Of a DNA stretch of 64,000 nucleotides, positions 57,725 to 64,000 are shown piece by piece (the stretch's first letter is position 1; every line of letters begins with the position of its first letter). The stretch spans positions 28,734-92,733 of the forward strand of contig DATASQ010000050.1 of assembly GCA_036269135.1 (NCBI GenBank), read 5' to 3'. A program made the translations under genes and the position numbers. The stretch comes from Acidobacteriaceae bacterium. GTDB taxonomy: Bacteria; Acidobacteriota; Terriglobia; Terriglobales; Acidobacteriaceae. The notes under the pieces were generated by a model. It made no database searches and was not told the DNA's origin. It worked only from the letters and a program-made list of their open reading frames with translations.

Positions 57725-58102
57725 CTACTCGTAATACGTCGCTGTCGTGGTATCCGTCTCGTAGATCGTGCAGTCCTTCACCCGCACCCGCCCGCCGGTC
57801 ATCGTGCGCAGCTGCTCATCCGTCTGCTGGTAGAAGTACCGCGCCAGGTTCTCCGCCGAAGGATTGATCTCGGTGAACGGCTCCAGATCGTTCAGCATCT
57901 GATGGTCGATCCGGTCGATCACCGGCCGCATCACGTGCTTCAGATCGCGAAAATCCAGCAGCAATCCCGCCGCGTCCAGCGTCTCCCCGGCCAGCGTGAT
58001 CCGTACCTTGTAGTTATGACCATGCGGATTTTCGCACTTCCCCTTGTAATTCCGGAGATAGTGCCCCGATGAAAACCCGCCCTCTACTGTCACTTCAAAC
58101 AT
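57725..58102 (-). CDS. queD: 6-carboxy-5,6,7,8-tetrahydropterin synthase
   Basis: 'FSSGHYLRNYKGKCENPHGHNYKV', 'RIDHQMLND', 125 aa. Confidence 0.9.
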   Translation of the reverse strand: MFEVTVEGGFSSGHYLRNYKGKCENPHGHNYKVRITLAGETLDAAGLLLDFRDLKHVMRPVIDRIDHQMLNDLEPFTEINPSAENLARYFYQQTDEQLRTMTGGRVRVKDCTIYETDTTTATYYE

Positions 58103-58146
58103 AGCTCGGCTGATTCTTCCTCGCCGGTAATCCGGCTGTTGTCATT

Positions 58147-58416
58147 CTATCGGTTATGCGGCCCGCTCCCGTGTTTGCGCCGGTGCGCGAGCTTGCGCTC
58201 CTCGTTGCGCCGGTCCACCTGCTCGAAGATCGCCGTCATCATGCCCATCAGCGCCGCGATCAGGCCCCCCAGCGTCAAAAACAGCGCCGTCGTCTTCCAC
58301 AGCGTGCCGTTCGCCGGCAGTGCCGGCTGAAAATGGCTCGCGGTCACCGCCATCACAAACGAGGCGGCCGCAAACGACAGCAGCACTCCCGCCACAATGT
58401 AGAGATTCCGCGCCAC
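58147..58416 (-). CDS. Small two-TM membrane protein with basic tail (hypothetical)
   Basis: Two hydrophobic helices ('LYIVAGVLLSFAAASFVMAV', 'ALFLTLGGLIAALMGMMTAIF') and a Lys/Arg-rich C-terminus. Upstream of, and co-oriented with, queD. Confidence 0.45.
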   Translation of the reverse strand: MARNLYIVAGVLLSFAAASFVMAVTASHFQPALPANGTLWKTTALFLTLGGLIAALMGMMTAIFEQVDRRNEERKLAHRRKHGSGPHNR

Positions 58417-58519
58417 TCCTTCAGTCTAGCCGAGCCGCTCCGCGTGGCTGGCCGCCCGCCTCCGGCAAGCTGCTACGATGGCAGAAGCTTCTCCCCGGAA
58501 TCGCCGATCGCGCTGCACT

Positions 58520-59887
58520 ATGGCCATCTCCATCGTCATCCTGGACGATAATCCCGGCAGTCTGGAACTGCTCTCCACCGCGCTCGCCCGCGCAGGCGTC
58601 ACCATCCATACCGCCTCCCGCCCCACCCAGGCGCTCGCCCTCGTCGAGCAGCACCGCCCGCAGCTTGTCCTCACCGACCTGGTCATGCCCGAGATGACCG
58701 GCCTCGATGTCCTGAAGCGGATTATGGAAATCGCTCCGGCCACCGACGTTGTCCTGATGACCGCGCACTACACGACGGAAACCGCCGTCCAGGCCATTCG
58801 CAACGGCGCCGCCGATTATCTCGAAAAGCCCATCCGCCTGGCCGTCCTCCGTGAACGCGTCGGCCGGCTCATCGCCGATGCCGAACGCCGCCAGGCCGCC
58901 GGCGCCGAGGCCGAATTCGAGGGTCTCATCGGATCGAGCCCGCGCATGGCGGAGCTCTTTGCCCGCATCCGCCGCATTGCGCCCCATTACCGCTCCGCGC
59001 TCATCCAGGGCGCCACCGGCACCGGCAAGGATCTCGTCGCCCGCGCCCTCCACGCCCGCAGCGGCGTCAAAGGCCAGTACGTCGTCCTCAACTGTTCCGC
59101 CGTTGTCGAAACGCTCTTCGAAAGCGAACTCTTCGGCCACGTCCGTGGCGCCTTTACCGGCGCGGACCGCGACAAGCCCGGACTTTTCGAGGCCGCCAGC
59201 GAAGGCACCCTCTTCCTCGACGAAATCGGCGACATGCCCCTCGCCACCCAGGCCAAGCTCCTCCGCGCCCTGCAGAACCAGGAGATCCAGCGCGTCGGTT
59301 CTCTGCAGATTCGCAAGGTCAACGTCCGCGTCATTGCCGCCACCCATCGCAATCTTCGCCAGGCCGTTGCCGATCGCCTCTTCCGGGAGGACCTGTACTA
59401 TCGCCTCGCCATGGTCGAAATCCCGGTGCCCTCGCTCGCCGAGCGCAGGGAAGATCTGCCCCTGCTCACCCGCCACTTCATCGGAAAGTTCGCTCAGCAG
59501 TATGGCAAGACAATCCGCGGCCTCACGCCCCGCGCGCGTCTCCTGCTGGAGCGCCACCCCTGGCCGGGCAATGTCCGTGAGCTGGAAAACGTCCTCGGTC
59601 ACGCCTGCATGATGACGGAGACCGGGGAAATCGATGCAGCCGACCTGCCCTCTGCCCTCATCGGCCCGCAATCGGCCGCTCCGGCGTTCGATGGAGGCGC
59701 GCCCGCGACCACCCCAGGTCCGATTGCGGCCGCTCCCCAGGAAGACGCCTCCCTCGCCGAGCACGAGCGTCAGCTCGTCGTCACCGCCCTCGAAAAAGCC
59801 CAGGGAAATCAATCCCAGGCCGCCCGCGCCCTCGGCATCGGCCGCGACGCTCTCCGCTACAAGATGAAGAAATACGGGTTGCTCTGA
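58520..59887 (+). CDS. Sigma-54-dependent response regulator (REC-AAA+-HTH, NtrC/AtoC family)
   Basis: REC 'IVILDDN...LVLTDLVMPEMTG', Walker A 'GATGTGKD', intact 'GAFTGA', 'LFLDEIGDM', 'WPGNVRELEN', Fis HTH. ATG 58520. Confidence 0.9.
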   Translation: MAISIVILDDNPGSLELLSTALARAGVTIHTASRPTQALALVEQHRPQLVLTDLVMPEMTGLDVLKRIMEIAPATDVVLMTAHYTTETAVQAIRNGAADYLEKPIRLAVLRERVGRLIADAERRQAAGAEAEFEGLIGSSPRMAELFARIRRIAPHYRSALIQGATGTGKDLVARALHARSGVKGQYVVLNCSAVVETLFESELFGHVRGAFTGADRDKPGLFEAASEGTLFLDEIGDMPLATQAKLLRALQNQEIQRVGSLQIRKVNVRVIAATHRNLRQAVADRLFREDLYYRLAMVEIPVPSLAERREDLPLLTRHFIGKFAQQYGKTIRGLTPRARLLLERHPWPGNVRELENVLGHACMMTETGEIDAADLPSALIGPQSAAPAFDGGAPATTPGPIAAAPQEDASLAEHERQLVVTALEKAQGNQSQAARALGIGRDALRYKMKKYGLL

Positions 59888-59906
59888 GCCATTCTTCCGC
59901 GGAAGC

Positions 59907-60305
59907 TCAGCGCGGCTCCCCGGGCGATCGCAGGAGCCGCGCCACCGTCTCCCGCAGAATCTCCGGACCGGCCGGCTTCGCCAGATAATCGGTGAATCCC
60001 GCTTCCAGAATCGTCTCCCGATCCCCGCGCATCGCGCTCGCCGTCAGCGCCAGCACCGGCAGCTCTTTGAACCGCGGATCCGCCCGCAGCTCCGCCAGCA
60101 CCCCAAACCCATCCAGCCCCGGCATCTGCAGATCCAGCAGGATCAGGTCCGGATGCCCGCTCCGCGCCTGCGCCAGAGCCTGCTCGCCATCCTCGGCTTC
60201 CAGAACGTCGTACCCCGCCCGCTGCAGGACCGTGCGCAGCAGCTCGCGGCTGCTCGCGCGGTCGTCCGCGATCAGAATCACGGCTTTCTCTGGAGGTGTC
60301 GGCAT
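59907..60305 (-). CDS. Stand-alone response regulator receiver (CheY-like)
   Basis: 'ILIADDRASSR...LILLDLQMPGLDG...LALTASAM', 132 aa. Lies 63 nt downstream of the PAS kinase. Confidence 0.85.
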   Translation of the reverse strand: MPTPPEKAVILIADDRASSRELLRTVLQRAGYDVLEAEDGEQALAQARSGHPDLILLDLQMPGLDGFGVLAELRADPRFKELPVLALTASAMRGDRETILEAGFTDYLAKPAGPEILRETVARLLRSPGEPR

Positions 60306-60368
60306 ACTCCCTGCTCAACTCCCTGAGTGGCCCGTAGGAATAAGTGTGTCCGGGGAGAACCGATGATT

Positions 60369-63095
60369 CTACAGCTCCGCCTCGGCCAGTGGTAGCCGAA
60401 AGATGAACTGGCTGCCCTCCCCCGGCGCGCTCTCCACTTCCAGCCAGCCGCCGTGCATCTGCACCAGCTCCTTGGTGATGGAAAGACCCAGCCCCGTGCC
60501 CTCACGCACCCCGCGCGTCGTGTTGCCCACCTGGTAAAACTTGTCGAAGATGTTTTCCTGCTCCTCGGCAGGAATGCCGATGCCGGTGTCGCCCACCGTG
60601 ATGCGGGCAAATCCGCCATCCTCCACGGTTTCCACCCACACCCGTCCGCCCTCCGGCGTAAACTTCACCGCATTGCTCAGCAGGTTGTAGAGCATCTCCT
60701 TCACCCGCAGCGGATCGGCATCCACCACCGAATCCCGCGTCCCGCGCTCCTCGATCGTGATTCCCTTCACCGCCGCCCCCGGCCGAATCGCATCCAGGGC
60801 TTCGCCCACGCTCCGCGCCAGCGGATACAGTTCCCGCTTCAGCACCAGCTGGCCCGCCTCGATCCTGCTCAGGTCCAGCACGTCGTTGATCAGTTCCAGC
60901 AGATGTTCCGAATCCCGCCGAATATGCTCCAGGAAGCGGCTCTGGGCCGCGTTCAGCGCCCCCTCGCTCCCTTCCTGCAGTAGCTCCGCGAACCCGATGA
61001 TCGTGTGCAGCGGTGTGCGCAGCTCGTGGCTCATGCTGGCCAGAAACTCGCTCTTCAGCCGGTTCGCCCGCTCGATCTCCAGGTTCCGCGCCTCCAGTTC
61101 CCCGGTGTACTGCAGTTGCAGCCGCCGCACCTCCTGCTCCGACCGCTTGCGCTCCGTTACGTCCCGGATCACCGCCGTCACGTGCACGCCGTTCTCCGTC
61201 TGGATCGGGCTCAGGCTGATCTCCACCGGAAACAGCGTTCCATCCCGCCGCCGCCCGTGCAGTTCCAGGCCGCTCCCCATCGGCCGTGTCCGCGGATGCT
61301 CCAGGTAGCCGTTCCGATATCCCCGATGATGCGCCCGCACGACATCCGGCACCAGCAGATCCACCGACTGCCCTAACAGCTCATCCCGCGAATAGCCGAA
61401 CATCTCTTCGGCCACCTGGTTCACCAGCACCATCTGCCCGTCCGCCGATACCTCCACGATCGCATCCGGAGCCGCTTCCAGCAGTTGCCGGAACCGCCGC
61501 TCCATCCGCGCCTGCTCCTCCAGCGCAATCCTCTGCTGCCGCTCCGACATGTCGATGTTGGTTTCCAGAACATGCGACTCGGCCACCCCCAGCTCCCGAA
61601 TCCACCGGCTCAGCACCAACAGCCGCCGCCCGCTGCGCGTCAGGTGAATCAGCTCCCCTTCCCAGTGCCCATCCCGCTCCAGTTTCTCGACGATCTCTTC
61701 CACCGGTTCGGAAAACGTCGTCTGCAGCAGATCGTGGATCACCCGCCCTTTGGCTTCCCCCGCCGTCCACCCATACAGCCGTTCCGCGCCCTTGTTCCAG
61801 TACACGATGCGGTCCTGCGGGTCCCGGACCAGAATCGGCTCATAGGCCTGATCCAGCAGCTGCGTCTGCCGCCGCGACAGCTCCTCCCCCTCCTTCTGCT
61901 CGGTGATATCGCGCGCGATCTTCGAGATCCCGATCAGCTTCCCCGCATCGTCCCGTACCGGCGACAGCGTCAGCGAAACCACCAGGCGATGCCCTTCCTT
62001 GTGCCGCCGCAGCGTCTCGTAATGCTCCACCACTTCATCGGCGAGGATGCGCCGCAGCAGCTCGCGCATATCGTCTTCATAGCCGGGCCACGCCAGCATC
62101 GTCACCGGCTGCCCCACCGCCTCTTCCGCGGTGTACCCGAAGACCAGCTCGGCGCCTCGGTTCCACGTCGTGATCGTGCCCTCCAGCGATTCGCTGATGA
62201 TCGCGTCATGCGAGTACTCCACGATGGAGGCCAGCCTCTGCCGCGTCTCCTCCGCCTCCCGGCGCGCCGTGATGTCCCGGCTCACATTCGCGATCCCGAT
62301 CAGCTGCCCATACACGCCGAAGATCCCGAAGGCGCGCATATCCGCCGTGATCGCGCGTCCGCTCTTCGTATGCTCCAGGCGGAACTCCCCGATCCACGGG
62401 TCCCCCCGCAGCAGCGCCGGCAGCACCTCGCTCTCGAAGATCTCCTGCTGGCCTTTGTGGCTCGTCTCAAATACCGGATACGCGCGCACATCCTCGTTCT
62501 CGCCGATGCCCAGCAACTCCCGCCCCGCCCGATTGATAAAAATCGTCTTCAGCGAAGCGTCTGTCAGGCTCACAAAGTCCGGCGTGTTCTCCACAATGGC
62601 CAGCAGCCTCCGCCGGCTCTCTGCCGTTTGCCGCTCTTCAGAAACGTCCCGCCACGCCAGCAGCGCTCCCTGCACGTTTCCATGGGGATCGAACAGCGGC
62701 CGTGCCCGCATCGCGATCCAGTAGCCGTCCTTCGCCCCCGGCGGCCGGATGTACTGCTCTGTCTCCACCGTCTGGCCCCGCAGAGCCAGCGCTCCGGGCA
62801 ATTCCTCCGCTGGCCATAAGGTCCGGCGATCCGGCAGATAGATCCCGTACGCCTTGCTCCACTCCGCCAGAGCCGGTCCCAGCGGCGCAATCCCGTAGAG
62901 CCGTGCCGCCGCCGCGTTGGCAAACTGCACCTGCCCATCGCCCGCCAGCGCCACCACCGCTTCGTCCAGATTGTCCACCAGAGCGCGCAGCGTTTCCGCG
63001 CGAGCCTCGGCCAGCGTCTCGGCAGACGCAGCCGGAGCATTGCGCGCGGGCTCGGAACCTGCGGGTTCTTTTGGGGAGCTGGGGCGGCGATTCAT
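60369..63095 (-). CDS. Multi-PAS sensor histidine kinase (cytoplasmic, about five PAS/PAC units, HisKA, HATPase)
   Basis: H-box 'SMSHELRTPLHTI', 'LLSNAVKFTP', 'DTGIGI', 'GTGLGLSI'. Repeated PAS signatures ('...WNRGAELVFGYTAEEAVGQ', '...WNKGAERLYGWTAGEAKGR', '...VNQVAEEMFGYSRDELLGQ'). ATG 63095 ('MNRRPSS') is preferred over the longer ORF. Confidence 0.85.
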   Translation of the reverse strand: MNRRPSSPKEPAGSEPARNAPAASAETLAEARAETLRALVDNLDEAVVALAGDGQVQFANAAAARLYGIAPLGPALAEWSKAYGIYLPDRRTLWPAEELPGALALRGQTVETEQYIRPPGAKDGYWIAMRARPLFDPHGNVQGALLAWRDVSEERQTAESRRRLLAIVENTPDFVSLTDASLKTIFINRAGRELLGIGENEDVRAYPVFETSHKGQQEIFESEVLPALLRGDPWIGEFRLEHTKSGRAITADMRAFGIFGVYGQLIGIANVSRDITARREAEETRQRLASIVEYSHDAIISESLEGTITTWNRGAELVFGYTAEEAVGQPVTMLAWPGYEDDMRELLRRILADEVVEHYETLRRHKEGHRLVVSLTLSPVRDDAGKLIGISKIARDITEQKEGEELSRRQTQLLDQAYEPILVRDPQDRIVYWNKGAERLYGWTAGEAKGRVIHDLLQTTFSEPVEEIVEKLERDGHWEGELIHLTRSGRRLLVLSRWIRELGVAESHVLETNIDMSERQQRIALEEQARMERRFRQLLEAAPDAIVEVSADGQMVLVNQVAEEMFGYSRDELLGQSVDLLVPDVVRAHHRGYRNGYLEHPRTRPMGSGLELHGRRRDGTLFPVEISLSPIQTENGVHVTAVIRDVTERKRSEQEVRRLQLQYTGELEARNLEIERANRLKSEFLASMSHELRTPLHTIIGFAELLQEGSEGALNAAQSRFLEHIRRDSEHLLELINDVLDLSRIEAGQLVLKRELYPLARSVGEALDAIRPGAAVKGITIEERGTRDSVVDADPLRVKEMLYNLLSNAVKFTPEGGRVWVETVEDGGFARITVGDTGIGIPAEEQENIFDKFYQVGNTTRGVREGTGLGLSITKELVQMHGGWLEVESAPGEGSQFIFRLPLAEAEL

Positions 63096-63297
63096 CGAGC
63101 GGGCCGGGATCGTGCTGATAGTGTACCGCCCTACCCCCTTGCGCCATTTGGCGCAGCCCGCGCGCCCCGAGCGCATTCTCACGCAGCCGCATCCGGCCAC
63201 GGTACTTCGGTTTGCGTCTAAAACGGCGTTTTTCTTCGGAAATTCAAAATGGCCCCCAACATGCTCTTCTCTTCGGGTTCGCCCCAGGGAGTGCGTT

Positions 63298-63711
63298 TTG
63301 GAAATCACCTTGCAGCACAATGGCGGCGCCCGCTTTACCGCGGAAGCCCGCCAGCACCGCATCCAGCTCGATCAGCCCGCCGAAGACGGAGCGACCGACC
63401 ACGGCATGTCCCCGGCCGAATTGCTGCTGATCTCTCTCGGCGGCTGCGTCGGCCAGTATGTCGCCCAATACCTGCAGCTCCGCGGCGTCTCGGCCGAAGG
63501 CTTGCTGGTCCGCGCCCAGGCCCGTCCCTCCTCGCGCCCCCTCCGCCTCGGGGATTTTCAGATCGAAGTCGTCGTCCCCGGCCTGAATGAGCGCCAGCTG
63601 CGCGCACTCGAGAAATCGTTCCCGGTTGGCCTCGTCCAAAACGCCATCGCCCTCGAAAACTCCCTCCGCATTACCGTCGTCTCCGCGCACGTCGAAGACG
63701 TTCAGCCCTGA
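63298..63711 (+). CDS. OsmC/Ohr-family peroxiredoxin-like protein
   Basis: 'GMSPAELLLISLGGCVGQYV' and '...LEKSFPVGLVQNAI' fit the OsmC fold. TTG 63298 lies 6 nt after AGGGAG. The upstream part of ORF 62917..63711 is antisense to the kinase. Confidence 0.7.
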   Translation: MEITLQHNGGARFTAEARQHRIQLDQPAEDGATDHGMSPAELLLISLGGCVGQYVAQYLQLRGVSAEGLLVRAQARPSSRPLRLGDFQIEVVVPGLNERQLRALEKSFPVGLVQNAIALENSLRITVVSAHVEDVQP

Positions 63712-63828
63712 TCCGGATTTCCGCAGCCCCCCGGTGATGCCCGTCACTCGCACGCGTGCCGGCGCTCACCGGCAAATTCCCCGCCCCGGCCTACTCTCAA
63801 CCCACGGCCGCCAGAGCCGACACCCTAC

Positions 63829-64000
63829 GTGTCTTCTTTTCCCATTGCGTTGCACGAAATCATGCTGGCCACGGACCTCTGCGGACCCGCCCGCCCCGCC
63901 CTGGCTTTCGCCCGGCAAATCGCGCGCCGCCGCTCCGTTCCTGTGCGCGCCGTCCACGTCCTCGACCTCAGCGGAGAAGCCGGCCCACCTTCCTTTACCG
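63829..64000 (+). CDS. Universal stress protein (UspA-like), 5' partial, runs off the window
   Basis: Open frame '...HEIMLATDLCGPARPALAFARQIARRRSVPVRAVHVLDLSGE', similar to the Usp N-terminus (ILVATDFS...A..LA...A.L.LLHV). Start at GTG 63829 or ATG 63862. Confidence 0.45.
   Translation, partial: MSSFPIALHEIMLATDLCGPARPALAFARQIARRRSVPVRAVHVLDLSGEAGPPSFT

Noticed and set aside
62917-63297. 5' part of ORF 62917..63711 and 5' extension of the kinase ORF to 63362
   Set aside because: These are mutually antisense extensions without motifs. An internal ATG (kinase, 63095) and a TTG with an RBS (OsmC, 63298) give non-overlapping genes with sensible N-termini.

Overview
Visibly GC-rich, densely coded chromosomal segment with about 63 protein genes. 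I found no rRNA, tRNA, CRISPR array, transposase or integrase. Most genes are housekeeping. Gene content, and a tandem-domain nadA-motif NAD+ riboswitch (a class reported only from Acidobacteria), point to an Acidobacteriota (Terriglobia-like) genome; this is inference, not a database result. In window order: MacB-type permease; an SDR sugar epimerase with manA-manC-pmm and pgi (GDP-mannose/hexose-phosphate block), interrupted by a RES-Xre toxin-antitoxin pair and a cupin; a BON/glycine-zipper protein and a paralogous lipoprotein bracketing a Tat-exported metallophosphoesterase and NtrY/NtrX; ald; a DesK/NarL two-component pair with an ABC-2 exporter; riboswitch-nadA-DUF2203; tatA-tatC-M28 peptidase-terC; nadB; mutS2; a GT-C glycosyltransferase with an embedded PDZ domain; nrnA, rbfA, a GAF-GAF-PP2C phosphatase, deoC, hpt, lgt; VapBC with a triple-palindrome operator; pepA; two tandem secreted paralogues, one with an extreme Tyr/Trp-rich segment; smpB; an orphan secretin (N-terminal TPR, C-terminal cohesin-like domain) followed by two GspG-like pseudopilins, a truncated urocanase-fold protein and a small ORF; a waaA-lpxK-GT9-ICMT-DUF3108 LPS-core operon; queE/queD; and a sigma-54 activator, CheY and multi-PAS kinase cluster. 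The best candidate for an undescribed system is the secretin-cohesin/pseudopilin/urocanase-like cluster at 47.0-51.5 kb. Next are the Tyr-rich secreted paralogue pair, the PDZ-containing glycosyltransferase and the LmtA-like methyltransferase in the lipid A/core operon. All calls rest on reading the translated ORFs and the raw sequence by eye. No searches or computations were run.
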